From positions 43,071-107,070 of the forward strand of contig JAQGDQ010000291.1 in the NCBI GenBank assembly GCA_030141605.1: a stretch of 64,000 bases of DNA, written 5' to 3'. Shown here piece by piece: positions 1-13,900 of the stretch. The DNA is from Tubiluchus corallicola (taxonomy: Eukaryota; Animalia; Priapulida). The notes beneath the pieces are model-generated. The model was not told the DNA's origin and searched no databases. It saw only the letters and a program-made list of their open reading frames with translations. Every line of letters starts with the position of its first letter. Within the stretch, counting starts at the first letter, position 1. The translations under genes were made by a program, and so were the position numbers.

Positions 1-3
1 TAG

Positions 4-3000
4 GCAGGATGAGATTACTTTTGAGAAAGGTGCTATAGTAACTGTGATAGAAAAAAATTTCCACGGATGGTGGCGTGTTAGGTAATTATGTTAATAAACT
101 TGAGCAGTTAGTGCAAGACTGGTAAGGTAACCGTAGTGTCAGAGAGAGAGAGTTACATTTTGCTGCTGTAACATTTTATCAAAGTAAGTTAATACTTTTA
201 TTCAATGTTTAATTACGCTGAAAACTTGTGGAAATCTGCTAAAAAAAATTTAGGGGATTTAGCAAAATGGTCTGTAGTGATTCGTTTTAGTTTGAAATTG
301 TCAGAGCATCAATGGTAGTGATCTTCATTTTCCAGCAAAATAGTTAACCTGTCTATTTGTTTTATTAGTTATAATGGCATGGATGGCTTAGCGCCAGCCA
401 CCTATTTGCAAAAGGTGCACGACGATCTCCACAAACGAACCAATGAACTATCACCTTTGCAGCCCATACAGATCGTTTCTAATGTCATGGAACTTAGCCG
501 CCTCATGAAAGAGGAACAAGAACGGAAGGCTGCCAGCCCGGTAGCTCAGCCTCGTCCGACTCGCAGGCGCAGCTCATTAGGGATCATCTTTAAACCGAAG
601 CGCAGTCGATCCATCACGTCGCAAAAAAGTCTTGACGCTCCGGACAATATGGCTAACAAACTTCTAAATGCAAAAAATGTACAGACCAATACGAATCGAT
701 CCGTGTCAGTTGGTAACTTGCTGGAGAAGGCACAGCTGAAAAACACCACACCAACATTGGGCTACCATGCTCAGCGACAACAGAGGTCTGATTTTTCTTC
801 TTCTTCATCGTCAAGTGATGCTATGCAAAGCTGTGGTAGCAGTGGTACATTACAGTCACCAGCTGGTAGCTTGCCGTCTTTCGAGACTGTTATTAAAGTA
901 AGGGGGATTTAATTTTAGCTCATATAGTTTAATAGGACACATTAATTTTATTTTGCTTTTAGCCTGTTAGTTTTTATAAGTAACTCGGTTTAATAAACCA
1001 TTTTGTAAAATGAAATTTTAATGCTGCTTTTTTGTAGCTGATTAACTAAGATTGAAACCAGTTGAACTACTCAGTGCCTTGCTGTTTTTCAGTTACAAAT
1101 ACGGGTTATACGGATTGCAAACCCAGTAATTAATAAGAAGGTTTATTTTTTTTCTGTTCTGGTTAGATAATTAGCAAATCTATACCTGCCAAATGGCTAA
1201 AACACAGTTAACTGATATTTATTGTAAGTGACACAATAGCCAGTAGAGATGTTAACAGTGATGGAGGGATACAATAAGTCTTGAGTTGTTTAAAAAAGAA
1301 CTTAGACGCTACTCTAAGTTAGATTAAAGTGTCATAATGTTCTCATGAGATTTGTCGTCTTTAATAATGTGAACGAAAATTGTTGAATGTCCTTTATAGT
1401 CAAATAAGTTCTCTGTTTTGAGTTTGTAAATTGCATTCAATGTTGTATTCATGTTATCTAAGTCAACTTATTCGTGTCAACATCTTTGAACTTCACTCAT
1501 ATATTAACCTATTAAATGATAAGAAAAGCGAAGCATATGTGCTATATTAAGCTTTTTTCGTTCTTTTACGAAAGATGAAAAACAAGCACCATGTCAATCC
1601 TGAGCTGAGTAACTTTAATTGCTCAACTCTGTTACAGCATTTGCTGTATGACAACTGTTAGGCAAAATTACATGTAAGCAGCAAGACTGACAAAGTGAAA
1701 CAACTTCTACACTACTGGATAGTGTGAATAAATGTACGTAGGATCAAAGATGTTACGTTTGTCCACTTACCCGTCTGTTCTTATAACCGGGTTTATTTTT
1801 CTTATAGAAACCGCCGCCACGGCCTAAAACTCATCCAGTACCTTTTCAGTATGTGACAATAGCGGATTTCGTTGATACCGTTGGCGATGGAATCAGCTTT
1901 AAGCAAGGTGAAATAGTGAAGGTATGATACCGACTGCTTTTTTACTAGCTAGAAACTGTTTTGTACCTGTTTTCAAGGGTTTCTATTTATGTAGACATTT
2001 TTTCTGTAGACTTGAGTTGTGAAGGAATTGCAGCAGAGAGGAATTTAGAAGAATGGTGTCTTAGTATTTTAAGCATTTGCTTACTTAGCATAAGTTAAAG
2101 TGAGCCTGAATAGTAAACGAATGGTTAACTGCGAAAAAGAATCACTTCTGGGCAGTTTCTTCTGCAGTAATGCCTCTTACTAGTTAGCTTGCTGAGAAAA
2201 GTTGTAACATTGGTTAAGACATTAGTTCAGATCATCCCAATCAATGACAATTACCAACAACTTTGACAGTTGGTTAGATTACCGTCCTGCCACACCGTCA
2301 GCATAATGGGTAGGTCATGTCATTCAGTGTTGGTGCCATCTTAACTGTCCTGCATTGTGCTTTAATTAAAAAGTTATTGGAGATACTGAGAAACAAGAAC
2401 TTCCTACCTCAAATGAGTAAGTCCAATGTCATTCTTCCAAGTTGTGCAACATACATTTGGAAAAGTGAAATCTACATTCTGAATTTCTCATTTTGGCAGT
2501 TTATAACAATAATGCTTTCAGTAAAATGATGTATAAAAGCTTCATAGAGCAGTTGTGAGTTTTGCCTGTTGCTATTGGCAACTTGGATGAATACTGTGAT
2601 GCAGGTTTTGTCGTGATGTCATCCTTTCTGTGCATTGTAATTAACTAAGCAGGCCATAGTAGTAAGTGCTGAATAAGCTCATTATCATATCATGGAAAGA
2701 ATATTATTACTGTAAATTGTAATGATACTTTGAGAGAAATATTATTTATTTTTCACTTTCACACTTGTTCACACATTTTGGTTTATTCGTAAATGCCATT
2801 TTGTGAATATTTGTTGCAGGTTTTCGAGACTAATGTGTCCGGCTGGTGGTACGTGCAAATTGGTGACCGTGAAGGTTGGGCACCCTCTACTTATATTGAG
2901 AGAAAAGTTATAGGAAAGACCGCTGATGACGTACATCGGCAGGCCAATTTTCAGCTTTCCACTAACAAAGTACAAGCTGAGAACTGGACAGTGCAAGACA

Positions 3001-4730
3001 CTTCTTTTGATGATAGTGGTATTGTTGCTGGCAGTTACCCTATTTACAGTGATGTAGCAGATGATAATGCTGGTCGTCTGTGGGGTAATGTGTATGATGA
3101 TGTTGAACCTGACCGAGGAATTCCCGACGGAACTTTTCATCAAGACATACAGAGTCCAAGCATGACAACTTCGGAAAACGTTTACGAGTTGGTGGATCCA
3201 GATTTAATGGATGCTTATCGGGCACCACCAGACGGAGCCATAGAACCTGATGCCAGCTGTCAAAATAAGCTGAAAGACTCAAGTTCTTCTCGTATTTTAA
3301 GTGATGCCGCTTCCTCAAAACAAAGTGATAGATCTCTTCAGTCATCCAAGAAGAGTAACGAGTCTCTCTCTGTGATAAGTTCAGGTACAACATTTCTGGA
3401 GAGTCCACCGAAGAGTTCTACATCGTATACCATCAGTAAAGACTCGAATATGCCACAGAGTTCACCATCGTATACCATTGGAAATAATTCAGTCACTCCA
3501 ACAAGCTCACCATCATATACAATCAGCAAAGATGTAACTGCTACAGAAAATATTTATGAAGAAGTAAAAGAGAAAGAGTCACCTGTTTCCCTTGCAAAAC
3601 CCGAAATGATTGATCTTTCATCAGGGAAATCCACCACCGTGCCAAAGTCTGCAACAGATTCGAACAAATGGAAGCCACCAAGACCTAAACCTCCTTCAAA
3701 TTTTTCATCTGGGAAAAAGTTTGGTTTTTCTCCGGCAACACTGTTTGACTCACCTGCTCAAAAGAACATACTGGCCACAAACACAGACAGCCAAGATCCG
3801 GCATCTTCTACTAAATCTTCAAGACATCCTTTTAAGAAGGATCCTGTACCATGTGTTGATGATATCAAAACCAATGATAGTAAGGAACTCAGTATAGAAA
3901 AGACACTTGCAAAACACGAAGAGTCAGCTGCGGGTACGTCTGACAAATTTGGTAATACTAAAGCTGTAAGCAAGGAAGTCAAATTGAAAGAGTCGCTTGC
4001 CAGTAGTCCAGATGTTACGTCTACCACTGACACTCAGGATGCCAAACCACAAGAAAATAAGATTCCTGTTCCCAAAACCCGACAAAAGGTGCCGTCTGAA
4101 AGTAGTAGCATCATCAGCAAACAAGAGACGTCATCTAAAATTCCCAAGCCTGCGCCACGTGTCACTGCCAAACCGTTGCTGTTGGTGAGACCTTCTGTAC
4201 CATCCAAGCCTCGTAAACTGACCTCGGCTTATTTCACTAATCTGAGAACAAAATCTTCCACTGCTTTTAGCGGACCTTTGAAACCGATTTGTCCTTCAAG
4301 GCCTGAAAAACAGGAAGAGTCTGAATCTCTTCCCAAATCTCCTAGTCTTTCCAATTCAGAGCCAACTCCAAGGCAGCGGGAATTTAACTTTCCACAAGCT
4401 GAAGCACCACAAACCCCTCCACCTGTTGAACTACGAAGCCACGGTGACAGAAATCCTAACGTTTGGGTGCAACAAAGGCGTCGCAGTTCTAACTGGAGAC
4501 CTGTCGAAAGCCCTCCACCACCTCCTTCTGATGTAAGCCACACGAAGAAAGGTTCTCAGCCTCCAGAAAAGCAAGTTAAAGCACGGCCAAGAGTCAGCGC
4601 AGTTAGGCCTAATGTAAGCCCACCACCCCCACCAGTTAGGACACCAGACTCTGATAATACAGAAAAAGGTGCCAATGATGACTCGATGGTGAAAGCGCTC
4701 AAGTCGAAGTTCGAAAGCTGTCAAAGTTAG
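4..4730 (+). CDS. SH3PXD2: SH3 and PX domain-containing protein 2 (Tks4/Tks5)-like scaffold, 3' part (gene begins upstream of window)
   Basis: Exons ~4-81, 369-897, 1808-1921, 2820-4730 joined by in-phase GT-AG introns. They give SH3 QDEITFEKGAIVTVIEKNFHGWWRVSYNGMDGLAPATYLQK, linker PIQIVSNVMELSRLM, and SH3 YVTIADFVDTVGDGISFKQGEIVKVFETNVSGWWYVQIGDREGWAPSTYIER, resembling Tks5 SH3-2, linker and SH3-3. A long Ser/Pro-rich tail follows. The PX domain is outside the window. Confidence 0.85.
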
Positions 4731-6589
4731 CAAGCATTTTTCTGTGATGTATTTCAACTCCATTTAACACTGTTTTTAACTACTTTAATATGGAAATTAT
4801 CATTTGAAATAAGCCACTGCTTTGTCTTAATTATTGATCTTCATTTTTCTGAGTTTGTGTAATAACACTACATTTATTTAAATGCCACTAATATTTAACG
4901 TGGTGTACATTTGCATTTGTTGATCGGCTCACTGCACATTCATTTCATTACTACCTTCAAAATATTTTATCAGGTTCCAAGAAATTTTTAAGAAACGAAA
5001 TAACGAGTGTATTTTTATATTTTACAACTCTAACTAATGAGGCCACTGCCAGTTGAAAGTTCTATTTTTCTTGCACAGTTTATGCATTTTTGAATTTTAT
5101 AAGTATATTCATGAAATTTTGATAATTGTTCACGTCCTTTACCTCACTTATTTGGATTGGACAACTCTGTTAACGCTTCATGGATGACCCATTAACCATC
5201 AATGTTACTAGATATAGTCAATTTTCGCAGTTATTATTACTCTGTGTTTTTTTAATGCTTAATAATATGCAGTTTTGTATGTCTAGTAGTAATTTTGTAC
5301 ATAGATCTCTTCTTTTGCAATTAATTAATGCTTCTACTTGCCATTTGTTTGTTGCTTCAAGTATTGGTATGTAACTTAATAATCAAAGTTCCTAAGATTA
5401 GTGCATAATTTTATAGTACTGTGATTAGTACTACTATTAGTACTACTATTTCTAGGCTTTCTTCCTTGCTACTGGAAGTATTCGAGTTTCCGGTGTTAAA
5501 ATCTACGGGTGCCTTAAAATTATACATTATTTTCGTTGTCACAGAAGAATATTTCTGTTAAACGCTAGTCTAGTTTTCAGGTAGTTAGTTAGGATTATTG
5601 GTAATTAAACAGTCTGCAGGGTAATTATAATTCTTCCGTGTTAAACCTTTGCTATCGCTGTCTAGATGTTTGAAATGTTGAAAGTGATCGTTTTTGAAGT
5701 TAAATTATTCGCTTACGTCTTGTTAAAGTTGTTACTAACTGTGATAGAACTTTATTTTTCCACTTGCCATCAAAGCCATGATACTAATATTGAGTTCATG
5801 GTGAGTTTCAGTCATGTAGGTAGGTGTCTGCTTCTCGGTGAAAATGAATCACAGATCAACAAATGTGGAGGCTTTGTGTTTCTTATTGTGTTAATACTGT
5901 GTCCATGGTTTTTTTGCAGCACCTTGATACAACTAATGCTATAATCATGTGCTTGTGTTACCTTGTTATTTTGTTTTCTTGCATGGTGTTTTATCACTGT
6001 TCATTACCTTGTTGCTTTTTTCATGTTTCAAGCCTCTGACGGGTGACCTGTGGGCAGAGCGGGCTTCAATTCATAATGAGATTGCTTTATGCTAAAACAA
6101 TTGGATCAAGGTTACTATTAGGGCAAAAACTTTTTAAAATTCTTAGGTTTTTAAATGGGCACAGCTTTGTGACAGAATATATATATGTATGTGTTGACCT
6201 GACTAGTTGTTAAAGAATTTGCACAAATTTCATTATTTTTATCAAAACATGAAAATGAGGCTGGCATTCGCACACACTGACTGGTCGTTTTCAACTTTTT
6301 GCAGAAGTCTGAATTTTTTTTCCTACATAAACAAAAACTTTATGCCACAACCTACAGTAAACATATGCATTGAAAGTGTAAGGAAGTATACATTGGTTGA
6401 ATGTATGAATAAAACACAAAATTGTAGTGCAACATACATTCACTGTTATAAATTTAATTGCTGTAAGCATTATTATAAAAATTTAAGTCTGTTGATTGTC
6501 ATAACGGAAATCTTACAAATTTTGTGAAAAGAATTATAACTTTGTTTAAAATTCTACAAATGCTTTGAAAAACTATTTTAATAGAACTT

Positions 6590-6716
6590 GTAGAAGAAAG
6601 TCCCTTATATCTGAGTACCTTATATACGAAGATTTTATAAGGAAAAACGTTACGAAAAATCGGGACCGGTGTTGGTGGTCCCTTATAAGCGAGTGCCTTA
6701 TAGCCGAGGTTGACTG
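6590..6716. mobile_element. Partial Tc1/mariner-pogo (Tigger-like) MITE
   Basis: Ends in gaggttgactg|TA with internal ccttata sub-repeats. Left end not recognisable. Confidence 0.45.
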
Positions 6717-7215
6717 TACGGATTTAGAGTATTACACAACTGACTCTTTGATTTCTTGTTTTGTTATATCGTTTACCTTGTTAATTGTATTCATACCAGC
6801 AGAAATAAATTTGCGTAAATATTTGTAAGATTTACTAGTTTAATTTGACAACATGTTGAAAAGACACAAATAATGAAAGAAGATTCATAAACCATGTTCA
6901 TACAATATTAACAAAATACTTTTTAAATAGTGCTGTGGATTTAACAAAATGTCCTATATGATAAATTAACAAGATTTTCAAGGTTGTTCTGGTCGCATAC
7001 AAAGGAAATCAATAAAAGCCAGACAGCAACAATGAATAGCACGGATTTAGCAGACAATGATTGTAGCTGAAAATGACTAAACCATTTTGAAGGACATAAA
7101 ACTCGATAAATTAAAGCTTTCAAAGTTTTAAAATGCAAAAACATTAACAATTACAAGTTCTAAAATGCAAAAACTGTATAGCAAAGTGTAACTAATTTGT
7201 CCAAAGGCATTTTAA

Positions 7216-7636
7216 CCCTTTCATACCCATTGTACCCCATGGGATACGAGAATATTTTCTGCCTTTAAAATTAATAAAATTTTAAAACTGACAGTTATTT
7301 GATCTGTTAATAGTTATTCTGATTTAAGCCAATAACAATAGATTAATGGTAACAAAAAGGCAAACTAGAAAATCTACATGGCATTAAAAACTGCGCAAGG
7401 TACAGTACTTTAGAGACGACTTTGCACAGATTGGCATAGCATACATACTAAATGTCTTAAATACTTTAAAAAATTATCAGCAGTCCCAAAATGAATCCCA
7501 TGGGATACAGGCTATATTTAGCATGCGGGCACAGGTAGAAAAAAATAATTATGTGTAAACAAGATGGACATACTGAACAAAAGTACCAAGCCTAAAATTT
7601 TTTTCTTACTAAAAAAATAATCTGGGACTGAAAGGG
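7216..7636. mobile_element. piggyBac-like MITE
   Basis: TTAA|CCCTTTCA ... TGAAAGGG|TTAA (TIR plus TTAA TSD), with an internal cccatgggatac palindrome near both ends. Confidence 0.8.
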
Positions 7637-7963
7637 TTAACATCCTGGATTTAATTTGACATCACAGAATGCTTTAAACAGATTATACATATATTTTTAA
7701 ATAATACAAACAATAGAACTTTTGTAACTTAACAACAATTCGAACAAACAACAATACTAAATGCTAAAACTGATTGTAAAATGTCATTTACTTAAATTCT
7801 CAATTATCTAGGTAGCAAAATTAGACGACAAGCGACATGGTGAACATCTCTGGGGAAAAGATAATTTAAAACCAAAATATAACTTGTATTTACAACTTCT
7901 ACAATAAAATTAACTCATCATTTGTATGCGCAAATTTAAAGGTAGCAGCAATTTGGCAGAAAA

Positions 7964-10900
7964 CTAGATTCTTCGTACTTTCAAGGTGATGGCCGAGAGC
8001 GACAGAAGCACTATGATCCAGCTCAGTGTCACAATGTAGCCCAAGTTCACAACAAAATACTCTAAACCCCATCCTGTGAAAAGAAAATGTTAGGATGTGA
8101 AGTAATTTTGTGTTTTTTTGGACGAACGTCTGACAACAAAGTGACAATAAAACTGCACAATGAAAAAGTTTACATTTACCTCGCAAGAGAATGCCTCTCA
8201 TGGCTTCTGTTGGCAATGTTTGCGGCATGATTTTTGAAAAATACTGCAAGGCGGTGGGCATGGCTTCAATTGGCCATAATATTCCTAAGAAAATAAATCT
8301 AAATTAGCAAGTATTAACAACACACAAAAGACATGCAGCATATAGTCAAACAAGTGGTAAGTGGTGCATACCCTCGCTATGCTTATGGCTGCATGTGGTC
8401 AGTATCAGTTAACAGTTATGCTATATGACAAAGTATTGATTAATTTTTAATTTGTAACTTAAAATTATTTTCACATATTACTGACTAATCCAGCTATGCA
8501 CGTATAACATATACATGCGCTACTAACTAACAACTGCTGCTATACAAGAATAATGCTTTAGATAAAATATAATAATTAATTTACATTTACATTATAGTTT
8601 AACTTACATAGCTCACAGTACTAATCTAAGTAGAGTTTTGTTATTAAATAGGTAGAAGGGTGGGAGACTCGATGACCTTTCGGTCTTTTTAACACCCTGT
8701 CTCTCTTAGTAGTCACATCATTTGTTAATGCTATGTTGATTATGTTAGTGAGACATAAATTATTCTGTATTCTGTATTTAATTAGGCTTTGCCAACAACG
8801 ATAATCAATAATAAAAACGAAATTAAATAAAATTATTTATAATGACTTACATTCAAAAGCAATCACAGTAATAGTAGTTCCTTTATCATATTTTATATCT
8901 ACTAACAACTGATGATTTCACTTAGTATTATATCATGTATGATGTTATTATACATTTCTTTTCACTACTTGTTGAGAATCGTTTCACGTGCAACAACTTT
9001 CACTTCCGACTCAGCTAATGTTAACGTACTTCTAAGTATTTAATACAGATATGTTACATACAATTGGAACATTTTTGTAAATAACTATGGAAGTTTTTGC
9101 TGAATCAATCAAAGTGGTTTATTTATGATATTGCAACAATGATCAGGCTGAAATAACAACAAAATAATTACATATAATACTGCCATACTGCATAGAGCGT
9201 AAGTACAAATATAAATGTTTCGAATTATACTAATTTAAGAATTGTTCCTTTAATCACAAATGTATAACTGCCAATATACTGTTCTAAATGTTAAACATCT
9301 GCTTGACACTGCATGGAGTTCTTGTTGTTAAATGTGTTAAAAATTGCCTACTGGCAAACAGCAATACGGGTAGTCTTCGTATGCTGAAATCTTCGAGATC
9401 CTCTATTTTGGCTATTAGATCTGTGAGATGTGTATATAGCAACACTAACACTAAAAGAATGAAGCAACAAAAACCAAGTTTGCTTCATTTTTACGAAAAT
9501 ATAGCACTGCACCTTCCTTTTGAACTACAAACTGATTGAAAGCACTACAGAATAAGAACAAATTATATACCGACTTGCTAGCCTTTGCATTCAAAACAAC
9601 ACAAAATATTTTACATTGTTAAAGTGCACAAACCTGAGAGCATTATACACGGGTAAAATGATGCCAACGCCATTTGATAAGCTGTCACTTCTTCGTAACA
9701 AAGTGCAGACAGGAAAAATCCTATAATTTAAACAAGTAATAAGCTAATCTACAAAATAAATCTGGCACTATATTAGCTTTAAAATTGAGTACAGCAATTT
9801 AAATTTTTACTCGATCGATCAACATTATTTCCATATGAAAATCAAACCTGTCATACCGTACGACATTCCGCCCACTCCTTGAAACAAGGTCAATACAAAC
9901 ACGAGAGCTAATGACCCCACGTGAGGCACCTGTGAAAAATATCAAAAACCTTGGAAAGCTAAATATATAATAATAATTTCTATGATGAAAATCATTGTTT
10001 ATAAAGTACTTTATAAAAGACATTCTTAAGTCTAAACAAGAAAACAGAGTAATCTAAAATTATAATTATATATAAACCCATTAAGTAAATCACTCAGCAT
10101 CTTGCAAATAAGGGCAACTGCTGCACAGGGATTCATTGACAAACTCTACAAAAGACAAAAGCGCCTCCTTGCAGACATTCGTGGTAACAATAGGAATCAA
10201 AAACGATTAAAGAACAATTTTCAGTGCATAAGAAAAAGGCATCGACTTATCTGCCATGCTACAAGTCAAAACTAATTTTTAAATGCATTATACAGTGTTC
10301 CCTCGCTACTTTGCGGTTCGTTTATCACGGACTCGTTGTTTTGCAGGTTTTTGCGGTATTCCGTCTATAAAGTATTTTTGCACATGCGTAGTACTTATTG
10401 TACAGTAATGTATAGATTTTTGATGAATTTTGCATAAAACATCACAAAATGTATAAAAATATATTAAAAATGTTAATTCTAAAATTAAAAGAATATTATA
10501 AATCATAAAAAATTAGCATTTGCAGTAAATAGTGTATTTATTCGGCGTACGAATACACACCAAAAACGAAATGTAGTACTTGCGCCCGCTTGAGATGCTA
10601 CTTGCCGACGTGAGATTGTACACAATTATGAACATTTAAGTAAAGTTTTTTAAAAGGTACATGTACAGTATGGGAAAAGTTATTAAGGGAATGGGAAAAG
10701 GTTATGTATAAGAGTGTGGGGAGGGTTTATAATGTATAACTACTAAAATAAGTATAGCGTTCCTACTTCGCGGAAATTCACTTATTGCGGGTGGGCCTGG
10801 AACGGAGCACCCGCGATAAGTGAGGGAACACTGTAATCTCAGAATGGAGAATAACAGATAAACATACAAACGTAAGCAAAATAACAAACCTGAAATATTC

Positions 10901-13900
10901 CCAAACAGACGGCAAGCAGCAAGCTCGACTGAAACAACAATGTGAGGAACTGGGTGCAGATGTGCGCTATCATCACCTCTACTGGTGTCACACCTAACAA
11001 TCACAAAAACCAGGTGTGGCTTTCCCAATTATTGACAGTCAAACGAAAGCAGAGAGCAAAAGAGGTTCACATATTAGGGGACATAATTTGGTAAAAGTGA
11101 AAATGCTACATTTGCCGTGACCCAATATCAGATTTGTCAACAATAACATTGGCTTTGCTGAATCGGTTGCGATTGAATCGGCGACTTTCGTCCAATTACT
11201 CTTTCATGCATCTAAAAATCACTGACCAAAGTTGCCAGAATATGGTGCACATAAAGTATGTGAATGCATAATAAACCTATTGCACAAATGCCTGCATATA
11301 GTAAATGGATTTGCAAGCATTTACATGTCATGTAAACATAAGAAACAACAAGCTTGGTAGTTTTAAAACAAAACCCTAACATAAAAACAGAAACAGGGCT
11401 TGTAAATTTTACTATTATAACTTGTTGGGTAACTTCTTATATAAGCCTAATTGGTTGGTTGGCATCCATCGGTGTCGGAAGACAATGGAGTGTGCGCCAA
11501 GAGAGTCAGTTATTGATCATACTGATGGAGCTGCAGTGTTGACTGTGGCTGAGCAGTGCGATTCTTGAACGTTTTCAGGGCGCACGCCTGAGCAAGGTGT
11601 ATGGAAATCTTGAGTTGCCTAGACAACAGGCACTCCCTCTCTTCCTCGCTGGTGTAGTCCAAAGGAAAACGGAGCGATACGTTTGGCACCAGGTTGGCTG
11701 CAGGAGCTGCCGGAGTCAGTGAGCATGATGCACTAGTCCGCCTTCAGGGCTCCACTCCTGATTTGGAAGGTTTACTCCTCTACACATGGCCGTTGGATCA
11801 CTTGACCTCCTCCACCCTCTAGCCGTTGGCTGCCTTGTGCAGCTCCTCTGCCTAGTGTCGAGATACAGTGTGGGCATCTCGCAAGCCTACAGCACCTGGT
11901 ATTCCTAGGCGGTCACCCAGCCAAGTACTAACCAGGCTCTCTATGTTGCTTAACTTCGGTGATCACATGAGAACCGGTGTTTTCAACGTGATTTATAGGC
12001 CTAATAAACTTATATAAATATGTGCTGAAAATATCTGTGGATTAGTCACAGAAAACTTTGCATACATTCTCACCTGCTACAAGACTTCTGTCCAGCAGCC
12101 CTTCTTTTCTCTCCGTGATGAAAGACAAGGCAGTTAATCCTACAGCCATGAAGAATGTTACACTAAAAACAACATAGGTAACATTAAGTCATAAACAATT
12201 GTCCGTTCCACTTTAGGACACTAATTTCAATAAACATGCAGCATTTGCCTTGCCGTCAGCCACTGCTGTATCGCATTTCAGCACAGAGGCAGCGAAGTTA
12301 AGAAATTACCACAAAACAGGCAAAACAGAGATTTCATCAATCATTTTTATTTGTTATTATTTAACAATCACCTCTAATGCTGTTATAAATTATTACCATT
12401 TCACAGTACAGAGAAATTAACCTTTTTAAACACATTCCGCTACTCAATTATTTACACGTTAATGACTATTAAGACGTTTTTGATTTTGCATTTGTCTGAG
12501 TTGATTTGATTAATTATTTTGCATATGTCTGCCATGGAGCACCAGCATTTTTTTGTGTTTAACTAATAATCTTCTTAGTCTGTGTTTTATGTAGATTTAA
12601 AGGTTATAGAATCTGTGACAGATACTGCAACTACTTTCAAACGTCAGCAAAACAGTAGTATTAACAACTTCTATTTTTGTTTAATTACAAGTCTATTGTG
12701 TTTTGTTTCTCTCGGAAGGCTCGTAGAGAAAACCAGAAAACACTTCGTCAAATTAAACTAGTTTATTAAGCGAGAATTCTACAACACAAAAGTATGAAGG
12801 AACGCGAAATGGTTACAGTAAACGTGAAAATCTGGAAAACGTTTAACTGTATCTGAAGATACAAGTATACAAGAGAATGTATAAGTGACGTCCGTGCGAA
12901 ATCTGCGTGTGTGTGTGTCAGCGGCCTGCTTCGCCTTATATAGCATGCCTGAGAAGCTTCTAGAAGTTTCTTTCCAAAACATTCTACACGGTAAGACAAT
13001 TATTCTATTATAATTATAATTACAATTACAATTACAATTACAATTACAATTACAATTACAATTACAATTACAATTACAATTACAATTACAATTACAATTA
13101 CAATTACAATTACAATTACAATTACAATTACAATTACAATTACAATTACAATTACAATTACAATTACAATTACAATTACAATTACAATTACAATTACAAT
13201 TACAATTACAATTACAATTACAATTACAATTACAATTACAATTACAATTACAATTACAATTACAATTACAATTACAATTACAATTACAATTACAATTACA
13301 ATTACAATTACAATTATAATTACAATTACAATTATAATTACAATTACAATTATAATTACAATTATAATTATAGATTATAATTGTAACTGTATAACAACAG
13401 ATTATAAATAAGAATTATAAGTCTGACTTACCTACAAATAATACCTGGAGCCATATAGTCTGTGAAAGTAAAATCTGTTTCTCCATATACTGGTTCCTCA
13501 AACTAAATTAAAATCAAACAGTAATAAATAACACACTGAAAAAATTAAATAAAGAAATACCAAAAAAAGTTTTATCGGGTGACGAAACTTCCATTTTCTA
13601 CGTGACCGCTTGAAAAAAGAAAACAGAGTCGCTAAAATGGCTATGAAGAATTAAAAATAGTCAAATAAAATTAAAGGCAGTTTTCTTTACCTTAACTGGC
13701 AGGTCAATCAGACGTGGGTCCATGCCAAACTTTCGAAGAACATTCTCAGCAAACGTTTCAAATGCCAACATCAGATCAGTTTGGATAGAAAGAGCAATTT
13801 GCTGATCTGAAAAATCCATGATATTATCAGTCAGGTAAGTCAGGAGGCGGGAAGCTTGTGAAGATAATATTATCAGTCAGGTAAGTCAGGAGTAAGGGAA

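Noticed and set aside
2769-4763. Antisense and alternate-frame ORFs over the large SH3PXD2 exon
   Set aside because: Shadow ORFs of a Ser/Pro-rich exon with no recognisable motifs.
11883-11992. Functional 5S rRNA gene
   Set aside because: Missing the first ~11 nt and a T-run terminator; fused to a retroelement body within a TSD.
13013-13385. (TTACAA)n as a telomeric repeat
   Set aside because: Not a G-rich telomere motif; internal and continuous with an LTR remnant.
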